From a virus, in the IMG/VR virus record IMGVR_UViG_3300020048_000026, positions 64,001 to 128,000 of that record: a stretch of 64,000 nt of DNA. One strand, written 5' to 3'. Both the position numbers and the translations under genes were made by a program. Below are positions 27,242 through 37,089 of this stretch, piece after piece (position 1 is the first letter of the stretch; each line of letters opens with the position of its first letter). Below the pieces are notes generated by a model. It was not told the origin of the DNA, did not search any database, and saw only the letters and a list, made by a program, of their open reading frames with translations.

Positions 27242-27421
27242 ATGAATCTTTATGAATTATTAAAAGAAAAAAATTTAATTGTGAATAAAAAGGAATTTCA
27301 GGAATTGGTTTTAAATAGACAAATAAGAGTAAATAGCAAAATAATTAACGATCCTAAAGAAACAATAGATTTATCAGAAAATCAAATAGTTAGAATTGGA
27401 ATTCTAGAAATTCAATTCTAA
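27242..27421 (+). CDS. Stand-alone S4-like RNA-binding domain protein (59 aa)
   Basis: Not in the ORF track. MNLYELLKEKNLIVNKKEFQELVLNRQIRVNSKIINDPKETIDLSENQIVRIGILEIQF fits the S4 pattern of the TyrRS C-terminal domain. Confidence 0.55.
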   Translation: MNLYELLKEKNLIVNKKEFQELVLNRQIRVNSKIINDPKETIDLSENQIVRIGILEIQF

Positions 27422-27434
27422 TTTTTTTGCTCGG

Positions 27435-27456
27435 AAATTTTCCGTATCTTTGCCTT
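27435..27456 (+). promoter_or_regulatory. Bacteroidota-type -7 promoter box (TATCTTTG)
   Basis: TTTCCGTATCTTTGC; near-identical copies at 58147 and 58390. Confidence 0.7.
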
Positions 27457-27469
27457 ATAACAAAAAGAT

Positions 27470-27994
27470 ATGGAAATCAATAAAGAAAATATTTATAAAT
27501 TAGAAAATGCCTCTGATGTTAAAAAATTTATCATTGGTGGTAAAGCCATACTGACTTTAGAAAGTACAAAAACTGGTCGTTGGTTTACATATAAAATCAA
27601 AAAAGCAAAGAAAGATGATGAAAAATCACCTTTTTTTGTATCAGTATTAACTGGTGGTGATAATGAATCAGCCTATACGTATATGGGTACGATTTTTAAC
27701 AATGATAGATTATCATTCAAATTAACAAAAAATTCTAAAATTGGTGAAGATGCTTTATCATATAAAGCATTCAATTTCTTTTTTAATTTACTTATCAATA
27801 ATGATAAACTTCATTCTGAAATGAATGTTTATCATAGAGGTATTTGTGCTGTTTGTGGTCGTCCATTAACAACTCCAGAATCCTTAATAATTGGAATTGG
27901 TCCTATTTGTGATGGTAGACTTGGAAAACCTATTGAAATTAAAAAAGTTCGTAAGAAAAAATTACAAATGTTAAACCGTAAATTGGTAAAATGA
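27470..27994 (+). CDS. DUF6011-like zinc-finger protein with RKKKLQML tag
   Basis: CAVCGRPLTTPESL..GIGPIC. Confidence 0.7.
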   Translation: MEINKENIYKLENASDVKKFIIGGKAILTLESTKTGRWFTYKIKKAKKDDEKSPFFVSVLTGGDNESAYTYMGTIFNNDRLSFKLTKNSKIGEDALSYKAFNFFFNLLINNDKLHSEMNVYHRGICAVCGRPLTTPESLIIGIGPICDGRLGKPIEIKKVRKKKLQMLNRKLVK

Positions 27995-28323
27995 AAAAAT
28001 TTGATTTGAGTACCGTAGAGGTGAGTAGTCTAAGTTCAGATGATATAATTGAATTAAAACGATATTTGAAAACTATTTCTGTAAGAGCATGTGTAAACTT
28101 TATTTTACATGTTATGGACACGGAATATACTTTATCTGAAATAAATAAAAATAATGATAAAGTTGAGAAATTCATAGCAGATAAGCAATTTGAATATCTT
28201 AGATATGTTATTATGCGGGTATCTGATGATGATTTTAGTGAATCTGAATGGATTCAAATAGAAAGAGAACACACAGTAAAACAAAGGAAAGAAAAACTAT
28301 CTAAAATTAATAAAAATGCGTGA
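27991..28323 (+). CDS. Hypothetical protein with RKEKLSKI tag
   Basis: 110-aa coupled ORF. Confidence 0.6.
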   Translation: MKKFDLSTVEVSSLSSDDIIELKRYLKTISVRACVNFILHVMDTEYTLSEINKNNDKVEKFIADKQFEYLRYVIMRVSDDDFSESEWIQIEREHTVKQRKEKLSKINKNA

Positions 28324-28726
28324 ATGTAAAATAACAAATTATATTATAAGAGCAATTAGTGTATTATTTTTAATCTTTTTTGCCGTCACTTTTAAAAGTT
28401 GTAAAGAAGGTAATAAAGAACATAAACGATTATGTACAGTGCTTAAACACTACCAGTCTAATACCGTACATAAGGGTAGTGTTAATGATAATTTTATTTT
28501 AATATTGAAGGTTAGAAATGATACTACATTTAAAAATACTTTTGATCTTGATGTTTCCCCTTCAACTTATTATGATTGTAAAGATGGTGAAAATTGGTAT
28601 TTTTTCCTTAGGGACGAACAAATTGACTCTTCAAAAAATAGAAATATGATGGAAATGTTTACGACAATATCACTTATGCTTGGAATAGTATTATTAGTTG
28701 TAAGTTTTGTGGATTTTGAGGATTAA
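28316..28726 (+). CDS. Two-TM membrane protein
   Basis: Hydrophobic segments at both termini. Confidence 0.6.
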   Translation: MRECKITNYIIRAISVLFLIFFAVTFKSCKEGNKEHKRLCTVLKHYQSNTVHKGSVNDNFILILKVRNDTTFKNTFDLDVSPSTYYDCKDGENWYFFLRDEQIDSSKNRNMMEMFTTISLMLGIVLLVVSFVDFED

Positions 28727-28734
28727 AATAAACA

Positions 28735-28774
28735 AAAAAGTGTTTTTTATCTAAAAATAAGAAACACTTTTTTT
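28735..28774 (+). terminator. Inverted repeat, possible intrinsic terminator
   Basis: AAAAAGTGTTTTTTAT...ATAAGAAACACTTTTTTT. Confidence 0.5.
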
Positions 28775-28981
28775 ATGCCTTTTTGGAAAAAATTATTGAT
28801 TGATATTATATTTATTGCAATATATTATATTTTTTATAAAGTTATCGGATTTGAATTGACTGTTATTATAGCATTAGGACAGATATTATCAACTATCTTA
28901 CAAAAAGATTATCATAAAAAATCATTACCTCCTCCAACTAGTACTTACCGATTTCAGCAAAAAGGAAAAGTAAAATTTTAA
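28775..28981 (+). CDS. Small membrane protein
   Basis: Two short hydrophobic helices. Confidence 0.55.
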   Translation: MPFWKKLLIDIIFIAIYYIFYKVIGFELTVIIALGQILSTILQKDYHKKSLPPPTSTYRFQQKGKVKF

Positions 28982-28982
28982 T

Positions 28983-29663
28983 GTGATAGAATTATTTAAG
29001 CATCAAATAAGAGCATTTAACAAAATTATTAATAATGATAAAAATTTCATATTTTGGCCTCGTCAATATGGTAAAAGTCATTTAATCTCAGCTTATTTAG
29101 AACATTTTATTAATAATAATTCTAATCAAAATATTTTATTTATTTGTTATGAAAAAAATTATATTAAGTATTCTAAACAGAAATTATTAAATGATATCGG
29201 ATATTTGACTGTAGATAAACACCGTACTGATGATCTATATTTTATTAATGATAATTTTTTGAAGTTTTGCTCAATAAAACAACATTTTGATACTATATCA
29301 GGTATGTTTAAAACTTTATCTCCATCATTGATAATTTTTAATGAGGTTTATGCCTTAAGTACTAATAATATTCAAAGATTATATAGTAACAATTTTTTAA
29401 ATGGAAAAATTTTATATACATCAAGTTTCATTGATATACAATTAATAAAAATGTTAGATTATAATAATGATTTTTATATAAACATAGAACAACCTGTTGA
29501 TAAAATAGATACTTTCGGATTATTTAAAGATGATATTAATCTTATTTATTTTGATATAAAAGAATTGAATTATAAACCAGATGATTTACTATATTTTTCT
29601 GATAAAGTTTATCAAAGAAAAATAAAATTAAAAAAAATAAATACAATTTCAAATGGAATCTAA
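28983..29663 (+). CDS. Degenerate terminase-ATPase-like protein with RKIKLKKI tag
   Basis: L..HQ, WPRQYGKS (terminase-type Walker A), Walker B degenerated to IIFNE, no nuclease domain. Confidence 0.5.
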   Translation: MIELFKHQIRAFNKIINNDKNFIFWPRQYGKSHLISAYLEHFINNNSNQNILFICYEKNYIKYSKQKLLNDIGYLTVDKHRTDDLYFINDNFLKFCSIKQHFDTISGMFKTLSPSLIIFNEVYALSTNNIQRLYSNNFLNGKILYTSSFIDIQLIKMLDYNNDFYINIEQPVDKIDTFGLFKDDINLIYFDIKELNYKPDDLLYFSDKVYQRKIKLKKINTISNGI

Positions 29664-29925
29664 ATGTGGACTTTGCGGAAGATTAAAAGAATTAACATTT
29701 CATCACTATATACCAAGAACATTACATACAAATAAACTATTTAAAAAGATGTATAAAGTTGAATTTATGAAAAGTCATGGTATTGATTTGTGTGAAGATT
29801 GCCACACTAATATTCATAAATTTTTTAGCGAGAAGGAACTTGGTAGAAATTTTAATGATAAAGTTAAACTTCTTTCAGATGAAAGAGTTAGAAGATTTAT
29901 AAGATGGGTAAAGAAGCAGGATTAA
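29653..29925 (+). CDS. Small HNH-family protein
   Basis: CGLCGR...TFHHYIPR...LCEDCH..IH. Confidence 0.75.
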   Translation: MESKCGLCGRLKELTFHHYIPRTLHTNKLFKKMYKVEFMKSHGIDLCEDCHTNIHKFFSEKELGRNFNDKVKLLSDERVRRFIRWVKKQD

Positions 29926-30407
29926 ATATTTGGATCTTGAATATTATCATTTATTAAAGACTTGATTTGCTCTAATAATTCTTTTCTAAAGGTATATTTA
30001 TTTCCAGTAGAATTAACATATCCAATATTTAATAAAGTTTCTAACTGGCTATTATCTATGTTAAGTTCTATTGAAGCATCATCGGAGTAGATACTTATCA
30101 CTGAGTTAATTTCAATTTGATTGTTGTTGTACTGAATAGGTGAATATGATTGTTGTGTTGGTTCAGTATAACTATTACCTTTTATATTTTTAACAATTTC
30201 TGATGCTTCTTTTAAACTTGGTCTAGTTGTTTCTGCCCAGAGATAACCTAATATAATAGGTAATCCTGAAGTGAAATATACTGCAAGTGCATATAAGTCT
30301 GCTTTTAATAAAATAGCAAAGATTGCTAATCCTATCCAAACAGATAATACTAAGTATGTTAATTTTAATCTTCTACTTGACGACATTTTAAATTTATTTA
30401 TAGCCAT
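29922..30407 (-). CDS. Membrane protein
   Basis: Two N-terminal TM helices. Confidence 0.6.
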   Translation of the reverse strand: MAINKFKMSSSRRLKLTYLVLSVWIGLAIFAILLKADLYALAVYFTSGLPIILGYLWAETTRPSLKEASEIVKNIKGNSYTEPTQQSYSPIQYNNNQIEINSVISIYSDDASIELNIDNSQLETLLNIGYVNSTGNKYTFRKELLEQIKSLINDNIQDPNI

Positions 30408-30425
30408 AATTGGTATATATAAAAA

Positions 30426-32174
30426 TTATAAAATTTTTTCTTCTTCAATAGTTGAAAAAGACATTTTTTTATAAATTTTTATAATTCTATCAAAATAATT
30501 GATACCAAATGCTGAATTATCTGTAAAATAAACCTTTGGATCTAAAATTATAATATTAAGATTAAACTCTTTTGTGAATTTTTTTAATACTTTCAAAGCG
30601 TATTCAACATTTTCTGGCTCCATACTTGAAAAAACCTCATCTAAAAATAGTATATTTAATTTTCTAAATTTCAGTATCAATTTCAAATAAGAAAGTGCAA
30701 TTGCAATATTTATTTTTTTACTTTCACCCATAGATAAACTTTCTGGATGTACTTCATTTGTTAATCTTTCAAAGATATTAACATTAAATTCTTCATCTAT
30801 TCTTATGTTATAAGGCGATTTTAATTCATCTAAAATATCTTTCAGATAAACATTAATAGGCTTTACAATATTTTTTATTATACTTTTTCTAACTCCTTTA
30901 TTACTAAATACTTCTTTTAATTCTTCTTGAATTTGAATATTTTTATCTATTTCATTGATTTTATTAGAATTTTCTATATTTTTTGATTTGAGTTCATTAA
31001 TATTTTTAGTGAGTTCATCAACTGATATATCATTTTTTGTTTCTTTTAATTCTCCAATTTTTTTGGTTATTAACTTCAGGTCATATACTAAATTATTTAG
31101 TGTCATATTAGTACTATTCTTCTGTTTTAAGATAGTTTCTTTTTGATTTGATAACTGTGTTAGCTTTAAAAGTATCTCATTCTTATTCTTATCTAATTCA
31201 TCCATTTTTTTGATTAATTCATCTTGTTTTGAATAGATATCACTTAAATCATGTAAATGTTTTTCATCACTTAAATTTGTATTACAAAGTGGACAGATAC
31301 CTGATTCATAGACTTTTAGTTTTTCTTGTATATTTCTAAAATCCACTTTTATCTCAATAATATCATTTAAGATTATATTTTTCTGATTATCAAAATCTTG
31401 GCGTTGTTTTTCTAATTCAATTAACTTTTTATCAAATTCTAATATATCACTTTTTAGTTTAATATAAGGTTCTTTTTTAGTCATTTTTTCTTTTTCTAGA
31501 TTTTGAATTTCTAATTCTTTATCTAAAATACCAGTTCTTTTTATAGTTATGATATTTTGATTTAATGTATTAATAGTCTGTGAATTGGTTACTATTATAG
31601 TTTCATATCTAATTTTTTCTTCTTTTTGTTGTTTTATCAAACCGTTAGTTAGGTTTAGATAATTATCTAAATCTTGAAGATTAAATAGTTTGTTTATAAT
31701 ATTTCTTTTTTCTTCTGGTGATAAATCTATAAAGTTTGCAAAATCTGAGACTGACATTGAAATAAAACTTTTGTAAGTTTCAAAATCAAATCCTATAACC
31801 TTATCTCTATCTTCTTTTTTGAAATTTTTGAATTTTTTGGTTTCATCACTATCATTAATAAAAATTTTCGCATTGGTGGGTTCTAGATTTCTTTGAATTT
31901 TAATACTATCTGATAGATTGTTAATAAATTCAATTTCAGTTTCTAAATTTTTATTAATTCTATTTGGTAGGATTGCTTGTGGTACTCTTTTTCCATTTTT
32001 TCCCCGAACTATACCGAATATAGAAAAATCAAATGATTGTTGAAATGAAGATTTACCAGCGCCATTTTGACCTGATAGCAATATTAAATTACCAGAAGTT
32101 GTGCTGAATTCTACTGTTTGTTTGTTGTGGCCAAAGGATTTGAAATTTTTAAGCGAAATGGATTTTATAATCAT
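30426..32174 (-). CDS. SbcC/Rad50-type recombination ATPase (T4 gp46-like)
   Basis: KNFKSFG, Walker A GQNGAGKS, zinc hook CPLC, signature LSMGE, Walker B LFLDE. Confidence 0.9.
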   Translation of the reverse strand: MIIKSISLKNFKSFGHNKQTVEFSTTSGNLILLSGQNGAGKSSFQQSFDFSIFGIVRGKNGKRVPQAILPNRINKNLETEIEFINNLSDSIKIQRNLEPTNAKIFINDSDETKKFKNFKKEDRDKVIGFDFETYKSFISMSVSDFANFIDLSPEEKRNIINKLFNLQDLDNYLNLTNGLIKQQKEEKIRYETIIVTNSQTINTLNQNIITIKRTGILDKELEIQNLEKEKMTKKEPYIKLKSDILEFDKKLIELEKQRQDFDNQKNIILNDIIEIKVDFRNIQEKLKVYESGICPLCNTNLSDEKHLHDLSDIYSKQDELIKKMDELDKNKNEILLKLTQLSNQKETILKQKNSTNMTLNNLVYDLKLITKKIGELKETKNDISVDELTKNINELKSKNIENSNKINEIDKNIQIQEELKEVFSNKGVRKSIIKNIVKPINVYLKDILDELKSPYNIRIDEEFNVNIFERLTNEVHPESLSMGESKKINIAIALSYLKLILKFRKLNILFLDEVFSSMEPENVEYALKVLKKFTKEFNLNIIILDPKVYFTDNSAFGINYFDRIIKIYKKMSFSTIEEEKIL

Positions 32175-32226
32175 ATCTATTATATGTAAATATGATTAAA
32201 AAGTTATTAAAAATTTAATTTATAGT

Positions 32227-33195
32227 TTATCTATAATAATCTTTTAAAAATTTTTTCATAGGAATATCAGATTTTTTACCTGACAATTCACCATTAATAT
32301 CAACAACATGAACCAATTCATTTTCATGATCAATTGATAATACTCTAACTTTTCTTACACTTTGTCTTTTACCATAAGTAAGATGGATTTTAACTTCTTT
32401 CTCTTTCATTGATTCTGTTGTTAGTACTTCATTTAATTTTTCAAATCTCCATTTGAAATAAAAATAATCATTATTTTCAACATGATAGGTTTTATCATGT
32501 ACTTTAATTATTACATAAGGTTTATTATCTGCTGACATATTATATCCTAATACTTCAACGACTTGGTCAGTATTCATTTCAAATAATTTACCCATATTAT
32601 CTTTGACTCTATTTTCATTTTTCATATTTTTATAGAATCCTTTTTCAGGAATAAACCATTTTTCTAATTTTTTGTAAAAGAAATTACCTAATTTAATTTT
32701 ATAATCACCATTAAATCTATATTGATATTCAGGTTCATAAAATAATTCAGATTCAAATTTTGGTCTTACTAAACCATTAAAATTTCTAAATGCACCAAAA
32801 TATTCTTCTTCATCATATTTAAATGATATAAATACATCTAATTTTAAATTGTTATTTTCAAACATTCTTAATATTTTAAGATTTTTAAATAAATTTATAT
32901 CTTCTAAAAATGGATTAGAATCTTTGTAAATTAAATCTGTTTGACTTTGAAGATTTTTAGTTATTTGATTTAAATTTGCAACTAATCCTGATTGTCTTGC
33001 ATAAAAATCTGTATAAGGACTATCTTGATAATTTCCTTGACTCATTCTAGGATCAGTAGCGAATTGATAATTTCCGCCACCACCCGCAGTATTCATAGGT
33101 TCTATTCCGAATTGATATTGCATAAATTCCGAACCTTCTTTTAATAATTCTGTTTCATTTAAAAATGAATACCTACTATATTTAAAAATTTTCAT
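32227..33195 (-). CDS. Hypothetical, probably late/virion protein
   Basis: 322 aa; FLNE-type N-terminus; TTTATATATA just upstream. Confidence 0.6.
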   Translation of the reverse strand: MKIFKYSRYSFLNETELLKEGSEFMQYQFGIEPMNTAGGGGNYQFATDPRMSQGNYQDSPYTDFYARQSGLVANLNQITKNLQSQTDLIYKDSNPFLEDINLFKNLKILRMFENNNLKLDVFISFKYDEEEYFGAFRNFNGLVRPKFESELFYEPEYQYRFNGDYKIKLGNFFYKKLEKWFIPEKGFYKNMKNENRVKDNMGKLFEMNTDQVVEVLGYNMSADNKPYVIIKVHDKTYHVENNDYFYFKWRFEKLNEVLTTESMKEKEVKIHLTYGKRQSVRKVRVLSIDHENELVHVVDINGELSGKKSDIPMKKFLKDYYR

Positions 33196-33293
33196 AACTT
33201 ATATATAAAATTTTAATTTTATTTTTTTATATATATCTCAGGAAATAAACTCAGGAATAAAGAGAATTTATATATAAAGAAAAAAAGATAATC

Positions 33294-33692
33294 ATGTCAG
33301 AAGAAATTAAACAAGAAGAAGTTAAGAAAAAACCAACAACTATAAAGAAAAAGGAAACTGAAACAGTAGGTGAGCAATTAACTGAGCAATATCAATATAT
33401 TCCTGAAGAAAATGAAAAACTAATCATGGATAAGCCTTCTGAACCGTTGATAACTAAAAAAGATTTACCAGTTATGAAAAGTGAGAAAGCTATCATCAAG
33501 TCAAATAAAGAATTATATGAATCTTACATAAAGGAATTAAAGAAATTTTCATTAAGTATAAATGGTGAAATTATTTATGATTCAAGTATTGATAAAACAA
33601 AGGAATCACCTGTAAAATTTGAAAATGATTATTTTATTTTATATGGAAAAAAATATTCTTACAATGGATTAAAAATCCAAAAAATAATGTGA
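33294..33692 (+). CDS. Hypothetical protein
   Basis: 132-aa ORF. Confidence 0.6.
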   Translation: MSEEIKQEEVKKKPTTIKKKETETVGEQLTEQYQYIPEENEKLIMDKPSEPLITKKDLPVMKSEKAIIKSNKELYESYIKELKKFSLSINGEIIYDSSIDKTKESPVKFENDYFILYGKKYSYNGLKIQKIM

Positions 33693-36340
33693 AAATAATG
33701 AAATTAACAAATATTCATGACCGTAAAGAATTTTTAAAACTTAATGAACTTATTGGTGGTCAAAGTGGTGGTGTTGGTGAAAAGGATGGATTTGCAAATA
33801 ATGCCAAATTAAAAGACACGTATCTTGGAGCATTAGTAAATGGTATTTTTAAGGGAGTAAGTTGGTTGTGGAGAAAATCAAAAGAAAATTTTATTATAAA
33901 TCGGTTAATTGCACAATTAATTAATGAATTAATGCGTGGTGTTATTTTGTTTTGTTTTGTCAATAAAATTAATCTAGAAACAGGCGAAACAAGTACATCA
34001 GCAGAAGCAGTAAAAGGTGAAACAGATGACGCAGCACAGCAAGCAGCAGCAGGTGTTAACGTAGTTTCAGCTTCTGGTACAACATCTATAAGTGTTAGTC
34101 CTAATCCAATATCTGGTATAACAGCAGAGACTCAACAATTAACAGTATTAAACCAAAATAATGAAGATGTTACAATAGATTGTATATATACAGGTGCAAC
34201 AACTACTGGATTAGTAACATTTGGTGCAACAGGACATACTACAGTAACAGTAGTACATCCTGAAATTGCAACATCACCTGTTGTAGTTGATATTGAGGTA
34301 TTTCCGGTGGGTACAAATTTACCTCCACCACCTACACCTCCTACTTTATCTGCTACAACAACAGCATCAGGTACAACTACAACAGCATCAGGTACAACTA
34401 CAACAGCATCAGGTACAACAGCAACTACCTCTGGATCAACAGTGTCAACTCCTAAGGGATATAAACCTAGATTAGTTGAAAGAATAAAGGCTGTTAAAGA
34501 CAGAAAAGAATATTTTATAATTGAGAAAGAGGCAGAAAGTAGAATTGCTTATGATACTAGAAGAAAAAATTCATATGTTAATCAAATAAAAATTCGTGAA
34601 ACAAATTTGGAAAAAAAGATAGTTCCAAAAGAAAAGATACCTTTCTATAATTCTGAAATAAAAAGAGTTAGAGAGGAAATAAGTAAAATTAAAGTCTATA
34701 ATTTGGCAATAGAGGAGGCAATAGAAACAAAAAGAGTTGAATTAGGAATAAAGAAAGTAGATAGATTTGCTAATTTTGATATAATAAAAAAAGATTTACC
34801 TACTTTTTCACCAACATCTAAAACAGTTTTACCAGAACTACAAACTATTGGTGTTGTACCTTATAATAGAATTGATGTATCTAAAATTGGTAATGTTGAG
34901 TCAGAATCATATAATTTTTTGAAAACTTATATAAATGAGTATGAAAAAACAACTGATCCAAACTTAAAGAAAAAACTACAATTGATTTATATGCAATATG
35001 CAATTATAAATTATGCAAAAAGTGTTGTCAAAAGAAAGAAAAATGAATCATTTTCAGAAGATGAAGATTATGAATTTTTATATGAATCATCAGAGTATTA
35101 TGAAATAAATGAAGAAAATTTAGTTAGATCTGTTGGAAAATCTCTTGGTCAATCTGCTGGTACTGTAAAACTCAAACAAGATGAGCCTCGTGCTGGTAAA
35201 GTTGGGTTAGCAAAATCTGTTGGAATGAAAGTTGCTGGTATTTCTGCTACTGTAGGAAATATTTTAACAAAAAGAGACAGAGATAGATATGAAAAAGATC
35301 ATAAAGATGAGTATAAACTCAATATACATTCTGTGAATTTAGCTGGTATAGAAAATACTGTTACTACATTTCAAAAATCTAATCCAAAAGTTAAAACTGA
35401 TGTTAGTAGTTATGTTAATCCTTATAGCTTGAAAATCATTCAATTATCAGCTGAGAAACTTTTCTTATCAAATTCTACAGCAACAAAAAATGAGGCAGTA
35501 GATAATAGCCAATTAAAACTTAGATGGGAGAGAGAAGTTAACAAAGTTTATGCTGGATTTACTAATTTGATGGATATTGATAGTATTGATATCACGAAAT
35601 CTGATTTTAGATCTAATTTAAATAGTAAACTAAACGATAAGGTTGATGGTGCCGTAAATAGAACCAAATTTGAAATAGCATATAGTAAAGTTGATGATGA
35701 TTTACCAATAGATCCTAAACATTATAAGATACATCAACTTGAAGGTTACTATGGAATTTTTTATTTTCAATTAGGTTCAAGTTACATGACATCAATGGCT
35801 CCTGTTCAAAGTGTTCCTGGATTATTTAGGATAACTTCAAGTTTTACATCAATTAATAAAACTTCTCATACAATTGTTGAAGATGGTGATTTTAAAAATA
35901 AATTTTTCAATAGTAGATTACCCGTAAATGCTAATAAAAGAAATTTATATTTTTTATTACAGAAAGATGAAAAATTACCAGATACACAACCAAGAAAAGG
36001 ACCTAAAATGTATGTTTTAACAGAGGTTGAAGTTGGTGGTAAAGTTTCTTTATATATAAAACAAAAAGGAACTGATAATATTCTTATTACAGATACGTTT
36101 ATGAAAACTTTTGAGCCTAAATTATATGCACATACAATAGAATTAAATAAAGTTTCTTTATTTGATAGAACAAAAAATGCATTATTAGATATGTGGAAAC
36201 CAGCATTTAAATATGTTGAATCAAAGGGTAAATTTGAAAATACTAATTTTATGATAAATATGGGTGATCCTTTATTTTTAAGTGAACCTAATATGGCTGA
36301 TCATATTAAGAATTTACAAATATATTTAAGAAATAAATAA
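33689..36340 (+). CDS. Large putative virion protein with an Ig-like beta-rich insert and a Pro/Thr linker
   Basis: TSISVSP...QQLTV...DVT segment, PPPPTPP, TTTASG repeats. Confidence 0.6.
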   Translation: MKIMKLTNIHDRKEFLKLNELIGGQSGGVGEKDGFANNAKLKDTYLGALVNGIFKGVSWLWRKSKENFIINRLIAQLINELMRGVILFCFVNKINLETGETSTSAEAVKGETDDAAQQAAAGVNVVSASGTTSISVSPNPISGITAETQQLTVLNQNNEDVTIDCIYTGATTTGLVTFGATGHTTVTVVHPEIATSPVVVDIEVFPVGTNLPPPPTPPTLSATTTASGTTTTASGTTTTASGTTATTSGSTVSTPKGYKPRLVERIKAVKDRKEYFIIEKEAESRIAYDTRRKNSYVNQIKIRETNLEKKIVPKEKIPFYNSEIKRVREEISKIKVYNLAIEEAIETKRVELGIKKVDRFANFDIIKKDLPTFSPTSKTVLPELQTIGVVPYNRIDVSKIGNVESESYNFLKTYINEYEKTTDPNLKKKLQLIYMQYAIINYAKSVVKRKKNESFSEDEDYEFLYESSEYYEINEENLVRSVGKSLGQSAGTVKLKQDEPRAGKVGLAKSVGMKVAGISATVGNILTKRDRDRYEKDHKDEYKLNIHSVNLAGIENTVTTFQKSNPKVKTDVSSYVNPYSLKIIQLSAEKLFLSNSTATKNEAVDNSQLKLRWEREVNKVYAGFTNLMDIDSIDITKSDFRSNLNSKLNDKVDGAVNRTKFEIAYSKVDDDLPIDPKHYKIHQLEGYYGIFYFQLGSSYMTSMAPVQSVPGLFRITSSFTSINKTSHTIVEDGDFKNKFFNSRLPVNANKRNLYFLLQKDEKLPDTQPRKGPKMYVLTEVEVGGKVSLYIKQKGTDNILITDTFMKTFEPKLYAHTIELNKVSLFDRTKNALLDMWKPAFKYVESKGKFENTNFMINMGDPLFLSEPNMADHIKNLQIYLRNK
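34353..34420 (+). repeat. 21-bp tandem repeats (ACAACAGCATCAGGTACAACT) encoding TTTASG
   Basis: About three copies read directly from the sequence. Confidence 0.8.
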
Positions 36341-36345
36341 TAACT

Positions 36346-36666
36346 ATGAAAATAAGATATACAGATTTTTTATTAGAGAAAGGTTCACCACCACCTTCAA
36401 ATTTTGAGGAACAATATAAAAATATTGATGTTTCACTCAAGAACTTTTGGGCTGTAGCTGCAAAACCTATAAAACCTGCTAAACCAGCATTACCAAAGGT
36501 TGAAAAAAATAAAAAATATAAATTCACAGATTCTAATAAACAAACATACGATGTTGAGGTTTTGAACAATGTTCCAGATAAAAGTGGAAAAGTACAAGTT
36601 AAGGGTAATCCACCTTCTTCAAAAAGTGAGGTAACATTTATGGCTCCAGTCATGAATTTAAATTAA
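36346..36666 (+). CDS. Hypothetical late protein
   Basis: MKIRYTDFLLE N-terminus. Confidence 0.6.
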   Translation: MKIRYTDFLLEKGSPPPSNFEEQYKNIDVSLKNFWAVAAKPIKPAKPALPKVEKNKKYKFTDSNKQTYDVEVLNNVPDKSGKVQVKGNPPSSKSEVTFMAPVMNLN

Positions 36667-36675
36667 TTATAAACT

Positions 36676-37086
36676 ATGAAACATATGAAACTATTTTTAG
36701 AATTTGCTAATCCAAATACACCACAAGGATATTTAAATTCATTATCTAAACCTACTAAAAAACCTGTGATTCAGAATAACCAGAAAAAAGTAGTTCAAAC
36801 TCCAACAGAAGAAGTTGATGGTATTTTACAACAAACCGAGGAACAAAAAGCAAAAATACTTGCTCGTAAAGATTTGATTGAAAAAGGATTATTAAAAAAT
36901 ATTCAAACATTAGAACCTGAAAATCAACAAGATGTAAAAACTCAGGTCAATGATTATAAAGATCAAGTAAAGGAATTTGATAAAACTGTTACACAAATTG
37001 GTAAATTGAATCAAACCTTGAAAAAATCTGATAAACCTGGTAGATTTTCTACACAATCACAAAAAGCAAGAGGAAAAAACTTTTAA
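36676..37086 (+). CDS. Hypothetical coiled-coil late protein
   Basis: MKHMKLFLEF N-terminus. Confidence 0.6.
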   Translation: MKHMKLFLEFANPNTPQGYLNSLSKPTKKPVIQNNQKKVVQTPTEEVDGILQQTEEQKAKILARKDLIEKGLLKNIQTLEPENQQDVKTQVNDYKDQVKEFDKTVTQIGKLNQTLKKSDKPGRFSTQSQKARGKNF

Positions 37087-37089
37087 TAA

